A stretch of 63,764 bases of DNA, filler included, from Octopus bimaculoides (lineage: Eukaryota): assembly GCF_001194135.2 (NCBI RefSeq). It is 6 parts of 6 records of this genome, joined end to end, with 100 filler letters (N's around TTAATTAATTAA, not from the genome) between each part and the next. Parts side by side here need not be neighbours in the genome. Positions count along the whole stretch, not along the records: positions 26,094 to 39,821 come from NC_068981.1; 5 more parts are not named here. One strand, 5' to 3'. Within the stretch, counting starts at the first letter, position 1, and every line of letters starts with the position of its first letter. This document shows positions 26,560 through 39,029 of this stretch, piece by piece. The translations under genes were made by a program, and so were the position numbers. Under the pieces are notes generated by a model. It saw nothing but the letters and a program-made list of their open reading frames with translations. It made no database searches and was not told the origin of the DNA.

Positions 26560-27560
26560 CAACAATATATACCTGTTATCTGAAGTCTCTGCAGTTGCAC
26601 ATGCTTCTACTATTGCTCCGTTCATGCTGCTATTGTTTCACCTGTTTTTCATTGTTATTGGTGCTGTCGATGTTGCTATTGTTGCTATTGATAATTCAGT
26701 TTTATTTAGCTTTAATTTTTGCTACTAACCTATGATAAACAGTTGTGCTTTGTCTCAAAATTGCTTTTGTCCTAGTAATTTCATTATCACTGTTGTTATT
26801 ACTACATCACCATCATTGCAAACTCTACTAGTGTAGCTGCCGTTGAAGCCCGTATTGTTTTAGATGTTGCTAATCCCATATCTGCCGCTCCTATTGCTAA
26901 TGTCACCCCCGTTGCTTGTGTGATTATTCTTGTTGCTTTCATAACCACTCCTGCTGTTATTAAGCTGTTTCATATGGTCGCTGTTATTACTACAGCTTCT
27001 ATTATGGCTGTTGTTGCTTTCGCTACAGTTGCTTCTGCTATTATGCCCGATGTTCCTGTTATTACCGCTGATGCTTCAACTGCTATTATTACTATTGTGG
27101 TCACTGCTTGCTTCTATTCAGACTACAGTTAACTACAGACACTGATATTGTTAGCAATGTTGTTGCTGTTGTTGCATATTGCTATTTACGCTTCAGCTAT
27201 TAGCACCGTTACCTCAACTACTGTTTCGCAACTGCTATACAGTTGTTCTGTTATTGCTTCTAAATTTATTTTCCCTTCGTCTTTAGTCACAGTTGCGATC
27301 AATTGTGGCAATATTATTGTTGTTGCTAATGTTGCTTCAACTGCTGAGATGTTTTCAGTTACTGTTCATACGATTCTTGTTGCAACATTACTTGCAACAT
27401 TGCTTGCAACAATAGTTGCCAACGCTACAGTTGCTTCAACTGCTAGTGCAAATTGTATTCTCGTTGATTTTGTCTTTGACTCAGTTACTTCGACGACTAT
27501 TGTTGACAACGCATCTATTGTATCCAAGTATTGCTTATACTATTGCCACTGTTTCTGATG
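26560..27560 (+). repeat. About 1 kb cryptic trinucleotide low-complexity tract (GTT/GCT/ACT/ATT)
   Basis: Recurring gttgct, actgct, gcttcaactgct and gttattact motifs. Gives V/A/T/I-rich ORFs broken by stops and frameshifts. Confidence 0.8.
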
Positions 27561-28199
27561 TCGCTAATGTTACTTAACAACAGATTTTTTTTTCTCTTGT
27601 TCCTGCCACTATTTTTATAAGTGCTTACTTCACACATTTTGGTTCTGATCTTTTGTACAAAGTGTACGTTATACAGGTACAACCTCAATTTTCTTGGAAT
27701 TTTAGAATTGAGGGTGGTCACCTTGATCAACACGCTCAATATTAAACAAGTAGTAAATTTACTCAAATATCTAAATGAGATATAGGTTATCTAGTCTGCC
27801 GCTACTGGCCTTTCTCTCTTTAGCATTATACCAAGACACATAATAGAAAAAAGAGACTGCATTACATTCGTACGGTTCCAGGATGAATATCTACAGGTAT
27901 TTTCCAGGCAAACCACCAACACGTGGATATATCACTGCAAACAATAACTTTTCATTTGAATGGGCTATGGTGCCCAAAGAATGACTGTAAAATGAAACAT
28001 CATTAGATGTTTTTGCCAGGTGGTGCTGTTAAGTAGATTTCAGTATCGTTGTAAATAGGCACTGATGAGAAACCGAGTCCTGAGTATAACTGGTCCATAC
28101 CTGTGTCATTCAATAAATAAAGAAATAAACAAAATTAAAAAAACACATCATATATATATGTGTGTGCGTGTGTATGTGTGTGTGTGTGTGTGTGTGTGA

Positions 28200-28420
28200 A
28201 TCACATGGCCTAGTGGTTAGGGTGTTGCACTCACGATCTACGATCAGTACGACACTTGACGCGTGGCGCACGGTGCCACTGTCCAGGTAATTTTACTTGA
28301 TAGATAAAGTGAGATAATATGTGGTACGAACATTTGATCACTTTAAACATATCCCTTGTACAGGTCGTTCGGCAAAAGCTAAATGGTTATACGTCGTCTT
28401 CGACAGAGAGTCCATTATGT
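28200..28420 (+). mobile_element. tRNA-headed SINE-like element
   Basis: The head tggcctagtggttagggtgttgcactcacgatc has an A-box (TGGCCTAGTGG) and is related to the heads at 40130-40335 and 58688. The body is distinct. Confidence 0.5.
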
Positions 28421-28472
28421 ACACCTGTAAATAGGCGTGGGTTGGCGGGGATGGGTGGAGTGTGAGGGGGAT

Positions 28473-28511
<39 letters not shown>

Positions 28512-28721
28512 TCGTCATATTACTGGTAAACAACTGGAATTGCAAAACACACAAAAGTGATTGGTCTCGATCGTTGCATTGAAAGTTATAATAGATTTCT
28601 TCACTGTCTGCTCTGCGTGATTCTGTCTAGCCAGTCCGTGAAATACCCTGAGCTGATATGCCTTGATTCTTTATAAATCGTATATAATCGAATATATAAT
28701 ATAATATTACATATATATATA

Positions 28722-29830
28722 CAGGGGTTGGACAAAATAATGGAAACACCTTAAAATTTCAAACAAATTTATTTTAATATGGAGTAGGATCGCCTTTGGC
28801 AGTAATTACAGCTTGAATTCTACGAGGTATGGACTCGTACAAAGTTTGAATTGTTCCCGAAGGAATTTTTGTGCATTCTTCAGCTAAAACAGTCTCCAGT
28901 TCTTGTAGTGATGATGAAGGTGGATGATATCGACTCCTTACTTGTTTTTCTAAAATGTACCATAAACGTTCAATAATATTGAGATCTGGGGACTGTGGTG
29001 GCCAGATAAGATGTTCAACTTCACTAGAATGTTCCTTGTGCCATTCAGTAACAACTTTATCTGTGTGAATTGGTTCATTATCATCCTGAAAGATTGCGTT
29101 TCCCTCTGGAAACAGTTCGGTATCCATAGGATGAATTTGATCAGATAAAATGCTTAAATAGTCTTGACTATTAATTCTGCCATGAAGGGAAACGACTGGG
29201 CCGGCGGATTTCCAAGATATAGCCCCCTACTACACAGATCATCACAGATCCTCCTCCATCTTTAACAGTTGGAAGAAGGCAGTGTGGGTCAAATGCTTGT
29301 TTTGGCTGTGTCTACACATATACTCAGACGGTGATCAGAAATAAGGTAAAGGAAGGCTCTTCCACTGTTCTACGTACCAATTCTGTAGGTTTCTACTCCA
29401 CTCTAAACGCTTTACAACGTTTGTTTTTGAAAGTAGTGGTTTTCTGATTGCAGCCTTCCCATGAGATCCAGCTTTGTGCAGCTCCCGGCGAACAGTTTTT
29501 GTTGAAACTGGATTCTCGAGGTGGTCATTAATCTCTGCAGTAATTTTGGGAGCTGTACTTTTGTGATGCTTTCTAACAATTCACGTAAGAGGCCGACGGT
29601 CCCTATCTGAAAATGTTGGTTTTCTTCCGGAGTTTTGTTTTGATGAGGAGGTTTTCCCCTCTTTCTCAAAGGCTGTCATTACTTTCGAGACAGTACTTCT
29701 TGATACACCAAACATTTCGGCTGTTTTCGTTCTGCTAGCACCTGCCAGCCATACGAGCACCAACAATCTGACCTCTTTGAAAGTTCGATAGATCTGTCAT
29801 TTTAATGAATTTTAATTACCTTTTTCTGAT
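28722..29830 (-). mobile_element. Tc1-family (DD34E) transposon, near-complete transposase pseudogene with 3' TIR
   Basis: HTH AGASRTKTAEMFGVSRSTVSKVM...SGRKP, then VRRELHKAG..GKAAIRKPLL, then FQDDNEPIH...WPPQSPDLNIIERLW...IPRRIQAVITAKGDPTPY*. TIR caggggttggacaaaataatggaaacacc follows TA at 28720-28721. The other TIR was not found. Confidence 0.92.
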
Positions 29831-30026
29831 GATATCTAAAAAGAAACAGCAATTTTAGCAAAACATATTACGCAACACTAATAATTAATTTTTTTTCTCC
29901 AGTTTAATTGTTTTTCTTCTTTTACTCTTAGTCGAAAAAGTCTAAAAGACGGAAACCGGTACTAAAATGTACTTCATTTATATTATTTACATTTGACGGA
30001 TATTGGTTCTCATTTTGTTTGTTGTT

Positions 30027-30072
30027 AACACAACGTTTCGGCTGATATACTCTCCAGCCTTCATCAGGGGTC
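30027..30072 (-). ncRNA. Minimal type I hammerhead ribozyme motif
   Basis: Minus strand reads GACCC-CTGATGA-A-GGCTG(GAGAGTATAT)CAGCC-GAAA-CGT-T-GTGTT. Intact CUGAUGA and GAAA cores, 5-bp stem II, palindromic ACGT stem III, GUU cleavage triplet, stem I pairing 4 of 5 (including one G-U). Confidence 0.7.
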
Positions 30073-30154
30073 TTGAGGAAATTTCGAGCCTGGGTTCTCA
30101 TTACTAAGGTATTTTTCGATGTTGTTGTTGTTGTTGTTGTTATTATTATTATTA

Positions 30155-30212
<58 letters not shown>

Positions 30213-30217
<5 letters not shown>

Positions 30218-30275
30218 TCGAACTCGGAATCTTGGGGTTAGTAGCCGGCGCTCTTAACCACTACGCCATATGCCC
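30213..30275 (-). promoter_or_regulatory. tRNA-like Pol III internal promoter (A and B boxes) heading the hammerhead-containing unit
   Basis: Minus strand reads gggcata TGGCGTAGTGG ttaagagcgccggctactaaccccaagattcc GAGTTCGAcctg. The A box is perfect; the B box is truncated. Not a complete tRNA. Confidence 0.7.
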
Positions 30276-30833
30276 ACAGGCATATGAATGAGAACCCNNN
30301 NNNNNNNNNNNNNNNNNNNNNNNNNNNNNNNNNNNNNNNNNNNNNNNNNNNNNNNNNNNNNNNNNNNNNNNNNNNNNNNNNNNNNNNNNNNNNNNNNNNN
30401 NNNNNNNNNNNNNNNNNNNNNNNNNNNNNNNNNNNNNNNNNNNNNNNNNNNNNNNNNNNNNNNNNNNNNNNNNNNNNNNNNNNNNNNNNNNNNNNNNNNN
30501 NNNNNNNNNNNNNNNNNNNNNNNNNNNNNNNNNNNNNNNNNNNNNNNNNNNNNNNNNNNNNNNNNNNNNNNNNNNNNNNNNNNNNNNNNNNNNNNNNNNN
30601 NNNNNNNNNNNNNNNNNNNNNNNNNNNNNNNNNNNNNNNNNNNNNNNNNNNNNNNNNNNNNNNNNNNNNNNNNNNNNNNNNNNNNNNNNNNNNNNNNNNN
30701 NNNNNNNNNNNNNNNNNNNNNNNNNNNNNNNNNNNNNNNNNNNNNNNNNNNNNNNNNNNNNNNNNNNNNNNNNNNNNNNNNNNNNNNNNNNNNNNNNNNN
30801 NNNNNNNNNNNGATTTATGAACACTAATGTACG

Positions 30834-30914
<81 letters not shown>

Positions 30915-31849
30915 ATACGTGCAGATTTGTATATTTTGATTTATGTATATATTCTCATGCATATAGTTGCATATTTAGATATGCTCATATATACGTACGA
31001 AGCACGATATCGGGAGAAAGCTTAGAGAGAATGAATCAGTATAAATGAAGACGTATTGATTTTTTCCGTGCGTGGTATGACGAAGAAAACTCTTAAGTCA
31101 TGCAGGCCTAGTCACCCATCAAAGAAGGCACGGGAATCGACCCCTTATAAATTATGTTACAGCTAGTGTTTACAGCAGAATATGTAAAAGCTATGGAAAG
31201 GTGTGTTTTTTAGTTGGAAGATTAAAAAGATATGCCAAAAGACTTCATATTCTGACACCGGTTCCTTCTGCCAGCCTGCACAACTCTGCATTACGTAAGA
31301 AAATGAGCAAATTACTGGCGGGGTTCAAGAGCCATGTAAGGGCCTCACATTTCATGATCAATAACTTATTTCAATGATTCTTTCTAGCAATGGCTTTGCT
31401 TGTATACGACAAAGCAGCCACTATATGTGCATGTATGTACGTATGTATGTATGTATGTATGTATGTATGTATGTACGTATGTATGTATGTATGTTTGTAT
31501 GTATGTATGTATGTTTCTATGTATGTACGTATGTATGTATGTATGTATGTTATTTATGTGTGTAGGAATGTATGTATGTGTATTTAGAAGGTTGAAGAAT
31601 AAAAGTCAGTGCAATACGCGGGATGCGCAGTATGTGCCAAATTTCAAATTTCTCGATTTATTTCTGATTCAGATGTACTGACAGACACCAGTCTGACAGA
31701 CACCAAGGTGACATAACAAATATAGTCACGTCTTGCTTTTGGCTCTAAGTCTCCAAAACGAAGCTAGTTGTGTATATGTCTGTGTGTGTTTGTGAGTGTG
31801 TATGTGTGTACGACAGTACGTGTACACACATACACAATCTCACATACAA

Positions 31850-31910
<61 letters not shown>

Positions 31911-32449
31911 NNNNNNNNNNNNNNNNNNNNNNNNNNNNNNNNNNNNNNNNNNNNNNNNNNNNNNNNNNNNNNNNNNNNNNNNNNNNNNNNNNNNNNNNNN
32001 NNNNNNNNNNNNNNNNNNNNNNNNNNNNNNNNNNNNNNNNNNNNNNNNNNNNNNNNNNNNNNNNNNNNNNNNNNNNNNNNNNNNNNNNNNNNNNNNNNNN
32101 NNNNNNNNNNNNNNNNNNNNNNNNNNNNNNNNNNNNNNNNNNNNNNNNNNNNNNNNNNNNNNNNNNNNNNNNNNNNNNNNNNNNNNNNNNNNNNNNNNNN
32201 NNNNNNNNNNNNNNNNNNNNNNNNNNNNNNNNNNNNNNNNNNNNNNNNNATATATATAAAAGAAGTTGAAAACGCCAATATATAAAAAATGAATTTTAAT
32301 TAACTATTTTGTCAGAGATATTTTTAGCATGTTTCGGTTCTTGTAAAAACGAACCTTATCAAAAATACATATTTAAAAAAATGAAATTAAATTAACAGTT
32401 CATAATTGTTCCTTACTGGTGTCAATAGTCCACGTGGGGGGCATTTATT

Positions 32450-32616
32450 GTTGGTTGTAGTAGTAGTAGTAGTAGTAGTAGTGACCGTGTTGGTAATGGT
32501 AAATGACAGTGACCTATGTCCGTGTCAGTAGCAGTAGTTAATTGGTTGTAGTGGTAGGGGTGGAAGCAGCACAAGCAGCAGCAGTAGCAGCAGAGGCAGC
32601 AGTAGTAGTAGTAGTA

Positions 32617-32662
<46 letters not shown>

Positions 32663-32699
32663 CAGCAGCAGCAGCAGCAGCAGTAGTGATAGCAGTACT

Positions 32700-32700
<1 letters not shown>
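32450..32700. repeat. Compound (TAG)/(CAG)n microsatellite
   Basis: Directly visible. Confidence 0.95.
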
Positions 32701-32744
<44 letters not shown>

Positions 32745-32764
32745 TATTTAAAGAAAAGAACGAG

Positions 32765-33020
32765 GATGGTTGTTTACGGAAGACCAGCTGTCACCCCTGC
32801 ATACCAGCCTCCCCTTTCCACGCCACCGATGTTATCCAAGGAAAAGCCAATACAGCTTGGCACTAGTGACGTTGCAACTCATTTGTGAGTTGGAGTGAAT
32901 TGGAGCAATGTGAAATAAAGTGTATTACTCAAGAACACAACACACGCCTAGTCTGGGAATCGAACTCACTACCTCATGATTGTAACCCCAACGCTCTAGC
33001 CACTGAGTAATGCGTCTTCA
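32765..33020 (-). mobile_element. SINE family D
   Basis: The minus-strand head gtggctagagcgttggg...gagttcgattcccagact is tRNA-like. The body (cttgagtaatacactttatttcacattgctcc) is shared with 40130-40335 and 53165-53345. Confidence 0.7.
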
Positions 33021-33054
33021 TCACATTTATATAATTTATATATTCTTTTTTTTT

Positions 33055-33238
33055 CTTCTTTTATTTGTTTCAGTCATTTGACTGCGGCTATGCTAGAGCA
33101 CCCCCTTTAGTCGAGCAAATCAACCCCAGGACTTATTCTTTGTAAGCCAAGTACTTATTCTATCGGTCTTCTTTGCTGAACCGCTAATTTACAGGGACGT
33201 AAACACACCAGCATTGGTTGTCAAGCGATGCTGGCGGT

Positions 33239-33322
<84 letters not shown>

Positions 33323-33483
33323 CGACGGTCTCCTTTCTGTTTGATTCTACCTCAAATTCAGCTGCAAGGATTTGGTCAGACCAGGGTTATAATAGAAAAC
33401 ACTTGCCTAATGTACCGCGCAGTGCTACTGAACGTTGGACCACATGGTCGAAAAGCAAACTTCTCATCGAAGAGCCACGCCTA
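33055..33483 (-). mobile_element. SINE family A with internal (CA)n(TA)n
   Basis: cagtcatttgactgcggc...gtacttattctatcgg...aaacacttgcc is the reverse complement of 45437-45845. Confidence 0.8.
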
Positions 33484-33499
33484 TCCCCAATATGACTTC

Positions 33500-33690
33500 G
33501 AGAGATGGCATTACTTGATTGTTCTTTAAAACATGAGCACGAATGTAGCTTTTCAGACCTGCTACGGACTTACACTCTCTTGTACAGATCTGGCAATGAT
33601 GGGCACCTCTTGCAGTATTAGAATGTTTCTGTTATGACGTTTCACTCCTGCTACTAACGCACATTCTTTTCCACACTCCCTACAAGTAAA
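33500..33690 (-). mobile_element. RTE-like LINE C-terminal tail with two tandem C2H2-type fingers (decayed)
   Basis: CRECGKECALVAGVKRHNR[frameshift]H and CQICTRECKSVAGLKSYIRAH. The CxxCxRxCxSxxGLxSHxRxH pattern is characteristic of retrotransposon tails. Confidence 0.55.
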
Positions 33691-33719
33691 AATGTTGTAT
33701 AATGTATACTTAACAACTA

Positions 33720-34150
33720 GCTTGTGTGTGGCTTCTCGATTCCTTTAAGATTAACCAATTCTGGTCATGCTTCTTTGATTGCTTCCTCCAGTTTCATTAG
33801 TTGTTGACAGTAAAAATTTGAGTTGATCGTTTGGTTCCTTGGAAGCAGCTCAAAATACACAACACCTTTGTAATCCCACCAAGTTGACGACAGCATGGCC
33901 TTTTTTTATGCAATTCATCTTTCGATGTGGTTTGTGCTGGTTCATTACGCTTGGACATGATCGTTTTCGATTGATGTTATTGTAGACAATCCATCTTTCG
34001 TCACTAGTGTTGATTCGTTCCCCAAAAAGATCGATTTCATTGCGTATCGCGAATATCGCAAATATTGATTCGTTGTGTTAATTGACTCTCTTTAAATTTA
34101 TTTGGAACCCAAATATCCAGCTTCTTAACGAGTCCAAGAAATGTTAAGTG
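33720..34150 (-). mobile_element. Mariner transposase internal fragment
   Basis: DIWVPNKF (WVPHEL-like)...WWDYKGVVYFELLPRNQTINSNFYCQQLMKLEEAIKEA*PELVNLKGI, with stops and frameshifts. Confidence 0.8.
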
Positions 34151-34663
34151 ATGTTCAATTGTTGCGTGTGATACATTTAACCTCTTTACAATCTCTCGCA
34201 CAGTTATGACAAACAGATTCAGTTATGGCTTTGATTTATTAAGTCATTTAAATACCGTGCGTTCGATTGTTGTTTTGTCCATGTGTGGAGACTTGAACAT
34301 GTTCGTATCTGAATTGCATGAACTTTATATTTGTTGATGTATAAGCGCGAAACAGCAATGTGCTTATGTGTAGAAATGGGAATACTTGTGTGATTAATTC
34401 TCGTTTTGTTTAGAGTTCTGTTGTATATGAATCTCACATCGCCTCATGTTGGTTACACTTTCACGTACATATTTTGCCCTAACAAATCTTGTATTTTACA
34501 TATGAAAGAAATCTTAGGGTTTCCTGAAATGGCTTATATTAAAACATAATTTTCTTTCAGTCTTTTTTCTTTTTCTTTTTTTAGTCCTACTTTAGTGATG
34601 ATCTGAGATTGAATGTTTCCTTCCAGGAAGCTCACTGATACACCTCAATGATGTTCGTTGTAC

Positions 34664-34917
34664 ATTATTATTCTTTTTAACTGAGGCTTTGTTGGAACGC
34701 TTTAAGTTTTGCATGCAAAGCGGGCGTGCTGCCTGCAGCCTACGGTACGTTACTACATTTTCTTTTCATCTATCTAATACTCTCCTGACTATTTCTGGCC
34801 ATTCCAAGGATGCAAAACTTTTGTAACAATTCTACAGGTCACTCTATACCGATTCCTTTTATATTCCTCTTGACGCCTTCTGATACTGTCCCCGATTATC
34901 CAACAATAATTCGTACA
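34664..34917 (-). mobile_element. 5'-truncated older R4/Dong-like copy embedded in (TAA)n
   Basis: IIVG*SGTVSEGVKRNIKGIGIE*PVELLQKFCILGMAR / IVRRVLDR* has the same IIVG.LG...LQK..LG.A.I.R motif as 3-188. A 3'UTR and short AAT tail follow. (TTA)n at 34918-34966 lies on the 5' side. Confidence 0.65.
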
Positions 34918-34919
34918 TA

Positions 34920-34967
<48 letters not shown>

Positions 34968-36231
34968 TTAAGCAATTTATTTCGGCGACATGAAATTTCA
35001 AGTTTTATAGACTAATTACAGGAACCTAGCTCACTGTGACGAGTGCCTCTTCCTATCATTGCCCACTCACTCCAGTGTATGCGTGTGTGTGTGTGTCTGT
35101 GCGTGTGTGTATGGGTGTGTATATATGTATTTATATATATATATANNNNNNNNNNNNNNNNNNNNNNNNNNNNNNNNNNNNNNNNNNNNNNNNNNNNNNN
35201 NNNNNNNNNNNNNNNNNNNNNNNNNNNNNNNNNNNNNNNNNNNNNNNNNNNNNNNNNNNNNNNNNNNNNNNNNNNNNNNNNNNNNNNNNNNNNNNNNNNN
35301 NNNNNNNNNNNNNNNNNNNNNNNNNNNNNNNNNNNNNNNNNNNNNNNNNNNNNNNNNNNNNNNNNNNNNNNNNNNNNNNNNNNNNNNNNNNNNNNNNNNN
35401 NNNNNNNNNNNNNNNNNNNNNNNNNNNNNNNNNNNNNNNNNNNNNNNNNNNNNNNNNNNNNNNNNNNNNNNNNNNNNNNNNNNNNNNNNNNNNNNNNNNN
35501 NNNNNNNNNNNNNNNNNNNNNNNNNNNNNNNNNNNNNNNNNNNNNNNNNNNNNNNNNNNNNNNNNNNNNNNNNNNNNNNNNNNNNNNNNNNNNNNNNNNN
35601 NNNNNNNNNNNNNNNNNNNNNNNNNNNNNNNNNNNNNNNNNNNNNNNNNNNNNNNNNNNNNNNNNNNNNNNNNNNNNNTATATATATATATATATATATA
35701 TGACAATACGAATCGATTAGATGTGTATATTACAGCGACATGTACTGATATCGATACGATGGAGTAAAGACAAGAACTAAAGTTAAGTACCCCAGAGTAC
35801 TCACAGTCAATGACTGGAGAGAGAGAGAGAGAAATGATGAATAATAAATAAATATGTGTGTGTGTATACACACACGCACACAAACACTCACACATACACA
35901 CACACAAACAAATACGTACATAAATACATACATAAATACACACACATATATGTAAACACATCCCCATATACACCATGTCTGTTACTCTTTCACCTCGTCA
36001 GTGCAGGTTTTTAGTTTTGCATTTTGGGACCATATACACATATACGTGTGCTTGTGTGTAAGTAAGTGGGTGTGCATATTATCTGTGTGTGCGTATAGAT
36101 ATGTTATATGTATGCATTCTCTCTCTCTCTCTCTTTTTCTTTCTCTCACACACAATCGCGGCGCGCACACACCTGCTCACTCACAGACAGAAAGACAGAC
36201 ATATATATATAATGTATAAATAAATAAATAA

Positions 36232-36272
<41 letters not shown>

Positions 36273-36932
36273 NNNNNNNNNNNNNNNNNNNNNNNNNNNN
36301 NNNNNNNNNNNNNNNNNNNNNNNNNNNNNNNNNNNNNNNNNNNNNNNNNNNNNNNNNNNNNNNNNNNNNNNNNNNNNNNNNNNNNNNNNNNNNNNNNNNN
36401 NNNNNNNNNNNNNNNNNNNNNNNNNNNNNNNNNNNNNNNNNNNNNNNNNNNNNNNNNNNNNNNNNNNNNNNNNNNNNNNNNNNNNNNNNNNNNNNNNNNN
36501 NNNNNNNNNNNNNNNNNNNNNNNNNNNNNNNNNNNNNNNNNNNNNNNNNNNNNNNNNNNNNNNNNNNNNNNNNNNNNNNNNNNNNNNNNNNNNNNNNNNN
36601 NNNNNNNNNNNNNNNNNNNNNNNNNNNNNNNNNNNNNNNNNNNNNNNNNNNNNNNNNNNNNNNNNNNNNNNNNNNNNNNNNNNNNNNNNNNNNNNNNNNN
36701 NNNNNNNNNNNNNNNNNNNNNNNNNNNNNNNNNNNNNNNNNNNNNNNNNNNNNNNNNNNNNNNNNNNNNNNNNNNNNNNNNNNNNNNNNNNNNNNNNNNN
36801 NNNNNNNNNNNNNNNNNNNNNNNNNNNNNNNNNNNNNNNNNNNNNNNNNNNNNNNNNNNNNNNNNNNNNNNNNNNNNNNNNNNNNNNNNNNNNNNNNNNN
36901 NNNNNNNNNNNNNNNNNNNNNNNNNNNNNNNN

Positions 36933-37212
36933 GATTTGGTAGACGGAAACTGAAAGAAGCCTGTCGTATATATGTGTATATATGTATGTGTGTGTATATG
37001 TTTGCGTGTCTGTGTTTGTCCCCCCAACATCGCTTGACAACCGATTCTGGTGTGTTTACGTCCCCGTAACCTAGCGGTTCGGCAAAAGAGACGATAGAAT
37101 AAGTACTAGGCTTACAAAGAATAAGTTCTGGGGTCGATTTGCTCGACTAAAGGTGGTGCTCCAGCATGGCCACAGTCAAATGACTGAAACAAGTAAAAGA
37201 GTAAAAGAGTAA
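36933..37212 (+). mobile_element. SINE family A, 3' two-thirds (5' part in gap)
   Basis: gatttggtagacggaaactgaaagaagc...cagtcaaatgactgaaacaagtaaaagagtaaaagag. Confidence 0.85.
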
Positions 37213-37213
37213 A

Positions 37214-37252
<39 letters not shown>

Positions 37253-37855
37253 TGTGTGTGTGTGTGTGTGTGTAATGAGATGAAGCGTTACTGTAGGATT
37301 TTGTAGAAGGGCATATTGTTTACGACAGTGCTTCCTTCACACCTGCTATCACTGTCTTTCGTGTTTATGATCTTGTTACTGACGTTCATTTGTGATGTTG
37401 GAAGTCGAAAGTAGTGATGACGCCAGTGACCGTTTTTCTGTTGTTGCCGAGCACGTGGTTTGTCCTACTTTGAATAAAATAAACCCACCCAACTTGTGGT
37501 ATAGCAAATTCACGCTTCACATGACTTCGATTTTACTTCTATTTTACCTGAAGTAGTTGACGCAAGTGTCATGTGCGTGTCTGCGGGTGTGTATGTGTAT
37601 ATAACGAATATATAAGTATATGTGTATGCATACATATACATATAGACAGACAGAAAAATAAATACATACATATACATATATGAAAGAAATAAAAGGTTTA
37701 TACATATATTTATTTGAATATCAATATAGATAAATTTATACTTATATACATATATGCACATACACATAATACATATATATGTATACACTACTTGTATGTA
37801 TACATGCTTCAAGTAGAGAAATAGATGTTTATATACGTATGTGTGTGTGTGCGTG

Positions 37856-37907
<52 letters not shown>

Positions 37908-38164
37908 TGTGTGTGTGTATTATAAGAGTTAAGAATCATATCTATATTCATACATATGAACGCATGTGTACACGCGACAGGTGCGTGCACATACACACAC
38001 ACACACACATACACACACACACACATACACACACACACACATACACACACACACACATACACATATCCTTATACATATTTATATATATATAACTTTACCT
38101 GAAGTAGTAAAGAAGTGTTTTGAATGCCTGTATGTGTGTATAACATACGTATGTATGTGTCGTT

Positions 38165-38408
38165 AGACAGACAGGCGGACAGACAGGCGGACAGACAGGC
38201 GGACAGACAGGCGGACAGACAGGCGGACAGACAGNNNNNNNNNNNNNNNNNNNNNNNNNNNNNNNNNNNNNNNNNNNNNNNNNNNNNNNNNNNNNNNNNN
38301 NNNNNNNNNNNNNNNNNNNNNNNNNNNNNNNNNNNNNNNNNNNNNNNNGACAGGCGGACAGACAGGCGGACGGACAGGCGGACGGACAGGCGGACAGACA
38401 GACAGATC

Positions 38409-38455
<47 letters not shown>
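38165..38455. repeat. 12-bp minisatellite (GACAGGCGGACA)n grading into (GATA)n
   Basis: Directly visible on both sides of a gap. Confidence 0.9.
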
Positions 38456-38972
38456 TGACATATTTATGTATACACTTATGTATTTATATGTGAGTGTTTG
38501 TGTTTGTGTGTAGTCAGTTGTGTGCATGTGTGTATTTATTTCTGTGTATATACCTACATAGGGAGAGAGAAAAAGGGGGAAACGTACAAAGAGACAAACA
38601 AACAGAATGTCAGGTAGACAGATAGATGCAGAGACTGAAGGAGATTCACACATACATATAACACACTGCACATTAATACATTTCTTGTATAAAACGGCTA
38701 GTAGTGTTTGCAGCGAAGATTACGCACCTGACTCGTTATTTTTCTGTTCCTGTTATGAATAGTATATGACTCAATATAACAATGTCGCTGATATGCTTTT
38801 TACCCCGAATCTTGTATAAAACTTTCTTTAACCCAGCCTACTCGAAAAAGAAAAAAAAAACATATAAAGTGGACTTTTGACCAAATAAAGAAAAGAAAAA
38901 CTTACTGCATTGATGTTTATTGTTGCTACGTTTATTGACATCATCATCATCATTATTATTATTATTATTATT

Positions 38973-39004
<32 letters not shown>

Positions 39005-39029
39005 CATCATCATCATCATCATCATTATC

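Noticed and set aside
30213-30275. Functional tRNA gene
   Set aside because: The T-arm and acceptor 3' half are truncated and it runs into (AAT)n. Treated as a tRNA-derived promoter.
33500-33690. Host C2H2 zinc-finger gene
   Set aside because: No TGEKP linker or F/L finger core, frameshifted, and the pattern matches retroelement tails.
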